From contig NZ_JAQNDL010000001.1 in assembly GCF_028368995.1 (NCBI RefSeq), positions 1,088,001-1,152,000 of the forward strand: a stretch of 64,000 nucleotides of DNA. Reading direction: 5' to 3'. Numbering within the stretch: position 1 is the first letter of the stretch; every line of letters begins with the position of its first letter. The position numbers and the translations under genes were made by a program. Under the pieces are notes generated by a model. It searched no databases. It was not told where the DNA came from and saw only the letters and a list, made by a program, of their open reading frames with translations. This document shows positions 47,293 through 57,222 of the stretch, one piece after another. The DNA comes from Nannocystis bainbridge (GTDB lineage Bacteria > Myxococcota_A > Polyangia > Nannocystales > Nannocystaceae).

Positions 47293-48181
47293 TTAGCGGG
47301 CCGACCGGGCGCAGCGGATGCCGTACTTGAAGTCGCTGCTCGTCGGTTCGCCGGCATTGCGCGCCGAGACGCGCTCCCAGCCGAGCATCGGCAGGTAATA
47401 GTCGACGCCGCGGATCGCTCGTTTGCGGCCGAGCGGCGCGCCGGTCGGGTTGCGCTGCACCGAGGGCGAGTAGCCGCGGATGTTGGCGAGGCGGTCCTCC
47501 TCGACCCAGTCGTGGACGTGTTCGGCGAGGTTGCCGATCATGTCGAGCGCGCCGTACGGGGAGGCGCCCGCGGGGTAGGCCGACCGGCGCGAGTCCCTCG
47601 TGCCCGTCGTCCCACGCGACGGGCGGGAACTTCGGCCAGGCCGGAGAGCAGCGCGCGTCGCAGAGGTTGGCGTGGGTCGGGCCCGGCGGGTCGTTGCCCC
47701 ACGGGTAGATGCGGGCGTCGGTGCCGCGCGCGGCCTTCTCCCACTCGGCTTCGCTCGGCAGCCGCCTGCCGGCCCATGCGCAATATGCGGCTGCGTCGAG
47801 CCACCGAACGCAATTGATCGGGAGATCGGGGCGATCGGTCTTGCCCCACAAGCAGTATTCATGGGTCATGTGCTCGGTCCTGCAGGCGCCGTCGGCAACG
47901 CAGCGGCGGTAGTCGGCGAGCGTCACCTCGAGTCTGTCAATGTCGAAAGTGTCGAGCCAGACCTCATGCTGCGGTCGCTCGGCGTCTCGGCAGGCGGCGT
48001 CGTGGGAGGCGCAGCCCATCATGAACGCGCCCTCGGGGACGCGGACCATCCCCGCCGGGATCGCGGGCGGAGGGGCGGGAACAGACGGAGGGACGGGAGC
48101 GGACGGTTCGGCGACGTCCGGACGCGGTGGGACGGCGGTGCAGGCCGAGAGCAACGAGACGAGCCACGGAAGAGTGCGCAC
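47293..48181 (-). pseudogene. FGE-sulfatase (formylglycine-generating enzyme fold) lipoprotein with frameshift near 47579
   Basis: Lipobox LSAC, ERPQHEV, RRLPSEAEWEKAARG, YPWG. GLAPVG continues as YPAGASPYGALDMIGNLAE...YGIRCAR in another frame. Confidence 0.8.
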
Positions 48182-48510
48182 AACGGGGAGTGTAGAATAG
48201 TTTGTCGTCAGTTGGGCGTCGCGCAGGCGGGGGCGTCGGCGGCGAGTATGGCGGCAAGCTCGAGGGCGGCCCGCGCCCGCCTCAGCGCCCGGTCGGAAGG
48301 ACCTGTGCCGTTGTTCCAGGCGCGGAGAGCCAGCGGCGGGCCGGGGCCGGCTCGCCGGCTACCTTCGTTGCCGCACGACATGCGGTGCAGCTACACACGC
48401 TCGCCCTCGCGGCACAGCAGGTTGCTGTGCCTCGTCCCATCCTTGCCCAAGAGCCGCGCCCTCAAGCTCGCCCCCGCCATTCGGTAGCAGGCATTCGAGT
48501 AACCATCGAG

Positions 48511-48762
48511 AAGAGCGGCCACGGGAGGCAATCGAGTAGGCTGGACGAGAGCGCGTCGAGGTCGTTGGGCACCGATACGACGAGTCCGCAACGGTATAGT
48601 CCCCTTGAAATTCTTGCTGCACCGATGACATCGTGTGCGAGCGGCAGGAGCGCCGTCCACAAGCGCGGCAACGGGGAGCAATCGAGCAGACCGGGCGAGA
48701 GCGTGTCGAGCACCGATGCGACGAGTCCGCAACATTTAGTCCCGTCGAAATTCTTGCTGCAC
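48511..48762. repeat. Diverged tandem duplication, 150-bp period (48511-48622 and 48661-48762)
   Basis: Shared blocks gcaatcgag, cgagagcg.gtcgag, caccgat.cgacgagtccgcaac, tagtccc...gaaattcttgctgcac. Confidence 0.85.
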
Positions 48763-48763
48763 G

Positions 48764-50348
48764 TGGGGCGGTGCTTTTCGAGATTTAAGAGCCTCCGAGG
48801 GTGGAGCTCGGGGCGGGATCGGGCGAATAAGCGGAGGCATGGATCCGATGGCGACTCAAGCACGAGAGCCCGACCCCGAGACCGCCGAGAAGGCGACCGG
48901 CCGCAGCTTCACGGCCGCGTACAAGCGGAAGATCCTCGCCCTGACCGATCACGCCAGGGGCAGATCGGCGCCATCCTGCGGCGGGAGGGCCTGTACAGTT
49001 CGTTGCTGTCGACCTGGAGGCGACAGCGGGACGAGGGTACGCTGGGGGCGTTGAAGCCGAAGAAGCGCGGACCGAAGCCGAAGCAGGACCGGGAGATGGA
49101 GCGCTTGCGCCGCAAGGTGGCGCAGCTCGAGCAGAAGCTCGAGACGGCGGAGCTGATCATCGACGTCCAAAAAAAAGTCTCGCAATTGCTCGGGATCCCG
49201 CTAGCGACGCTCGAGCCGTCCGAGAAGCTCTGATCGCGCAGGCGGGCGAGCTGTCCGAGAGGACAGGTCTTCCACGGGCATGCGAGGCGCTCGGGGTCTC
49301 GCGGGCGACGGTGTACCGCCGTCGCCACCCCGCGCCGGCGAGGCCGCCCAGGCCACGGCGGTCTCCGCGGGCGCTGAGCCCGGACGAGCGCCAGGAGGCG
49401 CTGGCGCTTCTGCACAGTGAGCGCTTCATCGACAAGGTGCCCGAGGTGATCGTGCCGACCCTGCTCGACGAGCAGCGCTGGGTGTGCAGCGCGCGGACGA
49501 TGTATCGCCTGCTCGCCGCCGAGGGCGAGCTCCGCGAGCGGCGGCGCCAGCGGCGACACCGAGTACAAGCGCCCCGAGCTGCTGGCGACCGCGCCGAACC
49601 AGGTGTGGTCGTGGGACGTGACCTGGCTGCGAGGACCGACGAAGGGCCAATACTACTACCTGTACGTCCTGCTCGACATCTACAGCCGCTGTGTCGTCCG
49701 CGTGACCCTCGCGCGCCGCGAGACCGCCGACATCGCCGCGCGCCTCATTCGCGCCGCCTGCGACAAACAGAACATCCAACCTGACCAATTGACCATCCAC
49801 GCCGATCGCGGCGCCGTCCCGACGTCCCGCGAGCTCGCCGACCTCTACGACGCCCTCGGCGCCCGCCGCTCGCACAGCCGGCCCCACGTCAGAGACGACA
49901 ACCCGTACTCGGAAGCCCACTTCAAGACCCTCAAGTACACCCACGACTACCCCGCCCGCTTCGCCTCCTACGACGACGCCCACGCCTTCTGCGCCCGCTT
50001 CGTCGACGGCTACAACCATCACCACCGTCACTCCGGCATCGCCTTCCTGGCGCCCGCCGACGTGCATTACGGCCGCACCGAGGCCATCCTGTCCGTCAGG
50101 ACTGCCGCCCTCCACGCCGCCTACGAGGCCCACCCGGAGCGCTTCGTCCGCGGACGGTCCACGCCGCGACGACCCCCCTCCGCGGTCTATATCAACCCAC
50201 CGCGCCGCTTCGACAGCGGCCTTCGCGAGTACGACATCCATGTCCTTACGGACAGGTGCATCGCTGCCGAGGCATCCCAGGACTGCCACGCCGGTGGATT
50301 CTCACACTCACTAAACCTGGCCAGCACCGTGTCTCAAAATCATTGACA
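48764..50348 (+). mobile_element. Degenerate IS3-family element (orfA 48849-49233, orfB ~49230-50346, both frameshifted)
   Basis: FTAAYKRKIL...IGAILRREGLYSSLLSTWR orfA. OrfB DDE motifs PNQVWSWDVT, LDIYSR, IHADRG, DNPYSEAHFKTLKY. Right end gtgtctcaaaatcattgaca; left end approximate. Confidence 0.85.
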
Positions 50349-50497
50349 GGCTCCGCTTCGAGCTGCACCTCCGCAAGGTCTTCAAGGTCGATGAGGCTCT
50401 GAGCTGGATGCTCGGGACCACCTCCTTGGAGGGAGAGCTACGCGCTCGGGCTCGCCGAAGGGTGCGGGCCGCTTCACTGCGCCGAAGTCGGAGTGAG

Positions 50498-51217
50498 TCA
50501 AAGGAGAAAGTTCCAATCGGGCTCCACTTTTTCAAATGCCCAATCGATCTCGATGGAAGGGTCTAGCTCTCTAAGAGCTTCTAGCGCATCACGTACGTGC
50601 TTTATCGGGTCCATCTTTGTTGCCTGATCGATCGGCTGGACCTTGAAATCTTTCGGATCAAGCTGAGGCCCGATCGTGGACTTATGCGGCTTATCGTGAA
50701 CTAGTCGATCTCGGATTCTGAAAAGGCTAACGATACCATTCATCGCGGTCGTGCCCGGCTTCAGCTTTTTTCCGCATCGAAGCAACGGAAATAGTTGCCA
50801 CTTTGCCGCATTGCTTCTGTCTAATGCATCGAAAAGATCTGTGTCGAGTTGACTGCCATAGTGATTAATGAACGACTCGAGCGTGAGCGCCGAAAAAATC
50901 ACCGCGACGGCAGCAAAGCGTTGTCTCTGCTCGTAGGAAGATTTTCTCATCGAGTCCGGATCCGGGTGGGTTCCGGCCGGCCAGACCATCTCCCTCTCCT
51001 GGACCTTCCCGAGCTGCGAAAAGCTTGCGCGGGCGATACGAAAAAACGTCTCGTACTGGGAAATAGAGAGGGTGATAGCCCAGTCGTTGGGCGCGACCGA
51101 GGTCGCCGGCGACACCGAAGGGCTCTCGGGCGACAGTGGATTCGCCGGCTGCTTTGCAGCTGGAGCGCTGTTGCGATCCTGACGCCGTCCTCTCCGGCTC
51201 TTGGACTCCTTGCCCAT
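50498..51217 (-). CDS. Low-GC hypothetical protein with HEPN-like RxxxxH motif
   Basis: AVIFSALTLESFIN helix and LFRIRDRLVHDKP (R-x4-H). Confidence 0.7.
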   Translation of the reverse strand: MGKESKSRRGRRQDRNSAPAAKQPANPLSPESPSVSPATSVAPNDWAITLSISQYETFFRIARASFSQLGKVQEREMVWPAGTHPDPDSMRKSSYEQRQRFAAVAVIFSALTLESFINHYGSQLDTDLFDALDRSNAAKWQLFPLLRCGKKLKPGTTAMNGIVSLFRIRDRLVHDKPHKSTIGPQLDPKDFKVQPIDQATKMDPIKHVRDALEALRELDPSIEIDWAFEKVEPDWNFLL

Positions 51218-51299
51218 GAATCCGAGTTTACTTCAAGACAGGCACTCTTGCGCGCAGGGGATAAGGGGAAACATGCGCACACCACGCAGCCCGCTCCGG

Positions 51300-51531
51300 C
51301 TCCGCGGCCATGTCGAGGCCGACGTGCTCGGGCGAGTGCTCGACGTGTCGGAGGGGCGACGATGATCCCGGCGTCCGTGCGGAATCACTTGCCGCTCAAT
51401 CGGCAGCGCCAGCAGATGGCGCGCGAGGGCCTCGAGATCTCGATCAGCGTGCGTCGACCGAGAAGTGCTCGCTGCTCATCAGACCGGCGGCCTTCGCCTG
51501 GCCCACGACCAGCGCGAAGAACTCGCGGGCG
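51300..51531. mobile_element. Mosaic of IS66 (tnpA end, tnpB start, tnpC piece) and IS5 fragments
   Basis: 51300-51383 resembles the tnpA/tnpB junction near 52930-53015 (inverted). 51384-51442 encodes HLPLNRQ (IS66 TnpC motif). 51439-51531 matches 58020-58113. Confidence 0.75.
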
Positions 51532-52221
51532 ACGCGCGACCTTGGATGCAGTATCGCAGGAGCAGGATCAATTCGCCGATTTCATGACTGTCATCAATGC
51601 GGCGCTGATCCTGCGGGTGTTCCATGATGTCCAGATCGATAGCTGACGCCCAGGGCGCCTCGTCTCGCTCGCTTCTGCTCGCCGGCGGCGATCGACGCCG
51701 AGGCGCGCTATCTCCGCCCCCATCCCCTGCAGCGCCGCCGGATCACCGCGAAGCCGCCTGTGTTGGCGAGCATCTCGGGCCCGGCGAGCCCGCGCTCAAT
51801 CGTTTGTGCGGATCGCCGAGGACCTCGCCGACCCGTCGACTGTGAAGCTCGCCGAGCCGCCGGAGCGGGTCAACTCGAACAGGCAGTTCTGCGGTGACCG
51901 CCGCACGCCACGGAGCAGGCGTCACGCGGCCTCGAGCGAGGGGTTGATCAGCCGCGATGTGTTGGGCGGTGCTGGCGCGGTGAAGCGACGAGCGCGTGGG
52001 TGGACGCGGAGCGGTTTCGAGCTGACACGGACCCCAGCCGGGGTGAGGCTTGCAGGGTGACCCGCGCACCGATCCTCGCTGCGCTGGTCCTCGCCGGATG
52101 CGGGGACACGGTCCGGGCGTAGCCGCGTCAGCGGGCAGCGCTCACCGGCGCCGAAGAGGCGTGGACGCAGTGGCCACGTCGCCACTTGCGCGCCGCGATG
52201 CGAGGCACAAGATGGAGCGCA

Positions 52222-52644
52222 ATGGCGCCTCTTCCGCTTCGAATCGCAAACGACCTCCCCTCGAATCCCATCCAGTTTATCGCCGAGCGGATACGCAGTC
52301 ACAAAAAAACCGATGTCTGGCTCTGGGCCGACACCCGCGCAGCTTGTTTCGAACTCCTCCTGCAACTACGCGACGAGCTGGGCGGCGAGGCTGATAGGGT
52401 CGTCAAGACGCACCATACCCTCTACCTTCGAAGTGGCGGCCGCGTCCAGGGGATGAGCCCCAAGGACCGCCCAGACGGCGAGAAGAGAATCGCGGTCTGG
52501 ATGGCGACTTCGCAGATCCCGAACGAGTACATGAGTCGCCTCATGCACCTCGGCCAGTGCGAGGAGTTCTGGGCACGACCTGGACTTGTTCCGTTGTGGC
52601 CAGACGGCTCCGACTGGCGGAAGGGCTCTGTCGAGGCAACATAG
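52222..52644 (+). CDS. Hypothetical protein
   Basis: 140-aa ORF of globular composition; no motif recognised. Confidence 0.55.
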   Translation: MAPLPLRIANDLPSNPIQFIAERIRSHKKTDVWLWADTRAACFELLLQLRDELGGEADRVVKTHHTLYLRSGGRVQGMSPKDRPDGEKRIAVWMATSQIPNEYMSRLMHLGQCEEFWARPGLVPLWPDGSDWRKGSVEAT

Positions 52645-52666
52645 CGCCGCCCGTCGAGCGGGAGCC

Positions 52667-53230
52667 TTAGCCTCCAGGACCTCCTGGCGCTCCCGACCTG
52701 TCCGAAGGGTCATTCGCGGACGGTAACCGGAACAGCGCCTGGTGCAGCCGCTTGCACAGCAAGCAGTAGCCGTTCTTGTCCCACCACAGCACCTTGAGGC
52801 GGTTCGAGCGCCGGTTCGTGAACATGAACAGCGCGCCGCTCCGCGGGTCTTCGCCGAGCATCTGCTTCGCCGCCGCGGCGAGTCCATCGAAGCTGCGCCG
52901 CATGTCGAGGGGCTGCGTGCAGACGAAGATCCGCACCGACGTCGGGATCATCGGCGCGCCTCCAGCACGTCGAGCACGCGCGAGCGCGAGCGCCTCGGCC
53001 TCCACGCGACCTCGTACCTGGACGTGCACGCCGCCGACGTCGAGCTCGATCACGCCGGCGTCGGCAGCCGGCGCTGCGAGCTGCTCCGTCGCGCCCGCGC
53101 TCGCCAGCTTCGACTTCCACCACGTCAGCGTCCGCTGGTTGACGCCGGCCTTCGCCGCGTAGGCCCTGCTCGACAGGCCGCTCGACTTCCACGCGTCCAC
53201 GTGGGCTCGCCAGCGCTCTTGCGTCGTCAT
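52667..53230 (-). mobile_element. IS66 remnant: tnpA (frameshifted) and accessory tnpB (truncated), no tnpC
   Basis: WRAHVDAWKSSGLSSRAYAAKAGV...WW TnpA; MIPTSVRIFVCTQPLDMRRSFDGL...FTNRRSNRLKVLWWDKNGYCLLCKRL TnpB from 52951. Confidence 0.88.
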
Positions 53231-53620
53231 AGGCCCCACTTCCTGCGCCAGAGCTCCACCCGCTCGCGGATCCTCCTCGGCCTGAAGTCGAGCCGCACCG
53301 TATCGCCGACCTCGGTGACATCGAGCCAGAACGAATCCGAGACCAGCAGCGTGAACCTACCGCGCCTCGGCATCTCCGGCCCCACAAGCAGCACCCCGCG
53401 ATTCTTGCTCGGCTTGAACCGAGCGGGGCTCTTGACGGGGCCCTCGTCGTCGAGGATTCCGGCGACGACCGCGCCCATATCGGGCGGCATGCCGGTCGCG
53501 GGTGCCCGCGAGAACAAGAAGCTCTTGGCGGAACTACTTGGTGGTGAGGATGCTGCTGACTTGGTGGGAATCTTCGCCAGGTCGTTCTTGTCGACCCTGA
53601 AAGGGGGAAAGTGAATCCAT
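53227..53620 (-). CDS. Hypothetical protein (start uncertain, possibly frameshifted)
   Basis: Protein-like stretch from FRVDKNDLAKIP to RRKWGL within ORF 53227..53901. Confidence 0.4.
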
Positions 53621-53628
53621 GAAAGACA

Positions 53629-53850
53629 ATGACCTCGAAAATGCAATCCATGAGATCGGGAATACCATGCGCTCTTTTCCGGTGCGCACTGATGGAGCAG
53701 ACCTCCAAGAGCCACGATCCCGAAAAGCCCCTCTCTCTCGAGGATTGCGGGCGCGCGCTTAGGGACCTGGGGCAGATCCAGGATGCATGCTTTCACTTGG
53801 AGTTCGTGCGACACCAGATGCTCCGCGCGATCGAGGAGGATAAACGATAG
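53629..53850 (+). CDS. Small hypothetical protein
   Basis: 73-aa ORF followed by a hairpin terminator. Confidence 0.4.
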   Translation: MTSKMQSMRSGIPCALFRCALMEQTSKSHDPEKPLSLEDCGRALRDLGQIQDACFHLEFVRHQMLRAIEEDKR

Positions 53851-53898
53851 GGCCGCGGTAGACCCTTGAAGGATTCCCAACGGAATCCGTAGGAAATG

Positions 53899-53930
53899 CA
53901 AAGCCCCCAGGTTGATCCCCGGGGGCTTTG
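53899..53930. terminator. Probable bidirectional terminator hairpin
   Basis: caaagccccc-N12-gggggctttg, 10-bp stem between convergent ORFs. Confidence 0.65.
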
Positions 53931-53950
53931 TCGTTCGCGCATGTGTACGG

Positions 53951-54286
53951 CTACGCGAGTTTGAGGAAACCGGACTCGCGCGGGCTCTCGAAGACCATGA
54001 CCCGGGCTTCCTCGAGCGGAATAATCCAGACGATGATCTGTCCGGCCTCGTAGCCCTCGCGCAGACGATCTGGGTCGCAGCAGGCCGGGAGCCAGCCGAG
54101 AAAGGGCGGCAGGTGTTCGGCCACTTGGTTCGAGATGTGGTAGATCCCGCGGAAGTCCCTCGCGGCCGCGTCCAGCACGGTCGCGTCGGTGGTCTTGAGG
54201 GCGAGGCTCAAGCGCTCGAAGAAGTCCACGGGGGACCCTACAGGGCGCGGCGGCATGTCCTCGACGTCCATGTCGACCGCGATCAC
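53951..54286 (-). CDS. Hypothetical protein
   Basis: GTGA overlap with the upstream gene; GC3-rich codons. Confidence 0.65.
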   Translation of the reverse strand: MIAVDMDVEDMPPRPVGSPVDFFERLSLALKTTDATVLDAAARDFRGIYHISNQVAEHLPPFLGWLPACCDPDRLREGYEAGQIIVWIIPLEEARVMVFESPRESGFLKLA

Positions 54287-54732
54287 AAGTGCCCCCGGGT
54301 CTCGAACTCCTGCAGGTCTCGCAGGAGAGCGACGAGGTGTTCGGCGGTCTCGAGCTCGAGGATCACAAGGCCGACGCCGACGCGGGCCTCGATGCCGAGA
54401 TCGCCGAGCTGCTGGGTCACGAACTGCAGGCGCCTGGGCCGATCCTCATCGTCGAGAGGGTCGCGGACCGGGAACAGCAGGGGGGTGTTGGTGGACCGGG
54501 CGATCGCTCGCAGCTTGGCCACGGAGACGCCGGTGAGCTGTGCGCACTCCTCGACGTTTCGGGTCCGGGCCAGGGCTTGGCGAAGGAGCGCGCCAAGCGC
54601 CGAGGACATGCTCGTGTCCTCGCGCAACAGGAGGATGCGGCCGTCTGGCAGGGGCTGGCGCGGGTTCTGGGCTTCCTGGGGGTGTTGGTCATGATGGTTC
54701 CTCAGCGCGTCGACAAGGTATTGATGACGCAC
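54283..54732 (-). CDS. Hypothetical protein with possible HTH
   Basis: RNVEECAQLTGVSVAKLRAIA HTH-like segment; divergent from the MerR-like gene. Confidence 0.6.
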   Translation of the reverse strand: MRHQYLVDALRNHHDQHPQEAQNPRQPLPDGRILLLREDTSMSSALGALLRQALARTRNVEECAQLTGVSVAKLRAIARSTNTPLLFPVRDPLDDEDRPRRLQFVTQQLGDLGIEARVGVGLVILELETAEHLVALLRDLQEFETRGHL

Positions 54733-54786
54733 GAGTCACCCTCGAGGGCCCGGAAATCACAAGCTCCGCGCAGCTAAACTTGGGGC

Positions 54787-55089
54787 GTGTCGGACGACAC
54801 TTCAGGCGCGTCGGGGAGGCCGTGGCGGACGACCGCCGAGATCGCTGAAGCGGTCGGTGTAGATGCATCGACGATCACGAGGTGGGGACGCGAGGGCGTC
54901 ATGCCCAAGTCCACGATCGTTCATGGCGGTCGGAGGGGTCGGAGCGCTCGGTGGCCCCTCCACTCGGTCTCCCAAGCCGCGTGGGTTCAGTCTCTTCTCG
55001 AGAACGGCTTCAGCTTCGAGGAGATCCGTTCCAAGCTCGCCGCCGGAGAGTTCAAGCCATCCTCAGATGGGGGCCAAAAGACAGGCTGA
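54787..55089 (+). CDS. MerR-family HTH protein (paralog 3, short)
   Basis: TTAEIAEAVGVDASTITRWGREGVMPK...GGRRGRSARWP...NGFSFEEIR. Confidence 0.8.
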   Translation: MSDDTSGASGRPWRTTAEIAEAVGVDASTITRWGREGVMPKSTIVHGGRRGRSARWPLHSVSQAAWVQSLLENGFSFEEIRSKLAAGEFKPSSDGGQKTG

Positions 55090-55100
55090 AGGAGTACGCC

Positions 55101-56048
55101 GTGGCTTTGTTAGACACACTCGAGCGAAAGAAAGCACGTGGACTGATCGTGGAACCCCTTTCACCATTCGATCTCGCCGCACGCACCGCGGTGGTGTTCT
55201 CCATCCGTCGCGCTTTCAAGGAACTTGAGCTGTTCCAAGAGTACGAAGACATTGTCGAGGATATTCGGCTCGACATCGTGGAGCACGTGTTCCATGGAGA
55301 GCATCCACCCGGGCCCAACATTGACAAGTTTAGGCGGCAGATCGAGGCGGACCGCCCACCTCGTGGAATAGCGAATACCCTCGCATATATCCTCGATGCC
55401 AAAGAGGATCTTGCCGCGCTTGACGCCACAGCGGTCGTGCTCCGCCACATGGTTCGGATTGTGGAAGATGGGCGTGGCTCTCAAGCATTGAATGAACGGT
55501 TTGCAACCGGAATCTCCAACGTCAACGGCCATCTGGCGGAGCGAAATATTGGCTACCAGTTCGACGGAGGCGAGCTGATCCGGTCCTCGGAGCCGGTCTT
55601 GTTCAAAGATGTGATGGAGCCATGCCTTCATGTCTTAATTCGTTACGAGATCTTCCGAGACACCGAGCGGGAATTTCGCAAGGCCCTCAATTCTTGGAAG
55701 AAGAAGGACTACAAGCAGGCCGTGCATCACTCTGCCGAAGCCCTTGAAGGGATGCTTCGAGTCCTGGTCAAGGAGATCTTGCCCGCAAAGCACTCCGCTT
55801 CTCTTCAGACCAATGCGAGCGTGGACATCCTCAACCAGAAGAAACTCTGGGCGCCGCAGCACGGGGAGATCATGAAGAAGCTCCATGCGCTTCGAGGCGA
55901 TCGTGGGGCGCACAGCGAGGCCACCAAGCCGGAAGAGGGGCGCGCGACTGAGAAGGACGCAGAGGCCACGGTGTATCTCTCCGCGAGCCTGCTGGTGCTG
56001 ATCGCCCGTGCTTACGAAGATCACGTTTGGAAGGGGGCGGCCTCGTAG
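55101..56048 (+). CDS. Abortive-infection-like protein (AbiJ-NTD/Abi_C HEPN-like)
   Basis: AGGAG RBS before GTG 55101. VNGHLAERNIGYQFDGGELIR, EFRKAL...DYKQAVHHSAEALEGML, LRGDRGAHS. Lower GC. Confidence 0.7.
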   Translation: MALLDTLERKKARGLIVEPLSPFDLAARTAVVFSIRRAFKELELFQEYEDIVEDIRLDIVEHVFHGEHPPGPNIDKFRRQIEADRPPRGIANTLAYILDAKEDLAALDATAVVLRHMVRIVEDGRGSQALNERFATGISNVNGHLAERNIGYQFDGGELIRSSEPVLFKDVMEPCLHVLIRYEIFRDTEREFRKALNSWKKKDYKQAVHHSAEALEGMLRVLVKEILPAKHSASLQTNASVDILNQKKLWAPQHGEIMKKLHALRGDRGAHSEATKPEEGRATEKDAEATVYLSASLLVLIARAYEDHVWKGAAS

Positions 56049-56167
56049 TGATCCTATTCACCTCCAGGATCGACCTCGTCCTCGTGGCCTTCCTGGCCCT
56101 CTACGGGGGTCAAGCGACCGACCCTTGCGTGACGGAAAACTCAACCTGAGCCGGAAATCCATCGGGC

Positions 56168-56974
56168 ATGAATGACGACATTCGCCAGACCAAGGCTGCG
56201 ATCCAGATCGTCGACGCTGCGTCGTCGCTAAGCCCCCTCAAATTCATCGAGGGTGTGGCGACGTTCTTCGGCCTCGAAGGCAACGCATCGCGGATGGAGA
56301 AGCTATGCGCCCACGAGTACGAGGAGTTCGTGTTCGAGGAGATTTTGTTCGCCAAGAACAATGTAGCTCGGGTGGCCAACCGAGTCTCCGCCATGGAGCC
56401 CAGGATCCATCGTCACGAATGGACCCTGGAGGAGATCCAGAAGGCGCTCCAGGACTCTGACCGTCGAACAGCGAAGCTCCAGGCCACCCTCGAAGAGTGG
56501 CAAACCCGACTCGGGCACCTTGGGGCGAGTCCAAGCGACCTTGTTGCGCTGTTCCGGGCCGGGTTCGACGTCTGGCGGCAGAGCTCGGACGCGAAGAAGC
56601 GCAAGCTCCTGGGCAACGCTCTGCGGAACGCCTTTGACCCCAAACAGTATGAGGAGGGGTTGACACTGCGGCTCTTGGGCATTCTGTCGGAGCTTACGTA
56701 TGGGGACATCCGGACTTTAATAGACATGGGCCCCAATCTCGAGTTCCGCAAGCAACCGTATCGATTTAGGAGCGAGAACATGCCTCCGGTGAACATGGGG
56801 TTGCCCGATAGCCTGGAACACGATCATGCCGTTCGCTTGATCTCTCGTCGCCTTGCCATCGAAACCGACTTCGGCATATCCGATACCCGAGGCAGGTGTA
56901 TCCCCACACAACTCGGCCTTCGGCTCCTCGCTCTCGTTGAAGCGCAGGCCGAGGCCGAAGAACCGGTTACGTGA
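56168..56974 (+). CDS. Hypothetical protein resembling Abi-alpha/DUF4393
   Basis: Coiled coil, then SDAKKRKLLGNALRNAFD...LLGILSELTYGDIRTL and a winged-helix-like end (LISRRL...PTQLGLRLL). Confidence 0.6.
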   Translation: MNDDIRQTKAAIQIVDAASSLSPLKFIEGVATFFGLEGNASRMEKLCAHEYEEFVFEEILFAKNNVARVANRVSAMEPRIHRHEWTLEEIQKALQDSDRRTAKLQATLEEWQTRLGHLGASPSDLVALFRAGFDVWRQSSDAKKRKLLGNALRNAFDPKQYEEGLTLRLLGILSELTYGDIRTLIDMGPNLEFRKQPYRFRSENMPPVNMGLPDSLEHDHAVRLISRRLAIETDFGISDTRGRCIPTQLGLRLLALVEAQAEAEEPVT

Positions 56975-56999
56975 GCTGGGACGAAGCTCGACACCACGA

Positions 57000-57037
57000 A
57001 GCCCGCCTCCGGACTACCGAAGGCGGGCTCCTGTTTG
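57000..57037 (+). terminator. Rho-independent terminator
   Basis: agcccgcct-N12-aggcgggct stem followed by cctgtttg, 26 bp after the 56974 stop. Confidence 0.6.
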
Positions 57038-57222
57038 TCCAGCCAGATTTACTTAACCAAAACTTAACCCGAACCGGGGTTCGGAGGGTCACCTGGGGGC
57101 ATGTGGAGGCAAGACCCCATCCTCTCGGAACCCCTCGGAGAGCAGGTTCTCGATCGTTCTGAGTTTGGCTTGGATTTCGAGAGGGTGGCCGGCGGGTCAG
57201 AACTTGTTCCACTCAATACTAG

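Noticed and set aside
47293-48181. FGE-sulfatase gene as a diversity-generating retroelement target
   Set aside because: No reverse transcriptase and no template-repeat copy of its 3' end seen in the window; the gene is itself frameshifted.
52667-52951. TnpB as an RNA-guided IS200/IS605 nuclease
   Set aside because: Motifs are those of the unrelated IS66 accessory TnpB (Orf2); no RuvC or zinc finger.
53951-54286. Faint resemblance to ArdA antirestriction C-terminus (DFRGIY...HLPPFL)
   Set aside because: Too few matching residues and not acidic enough to support by eye.
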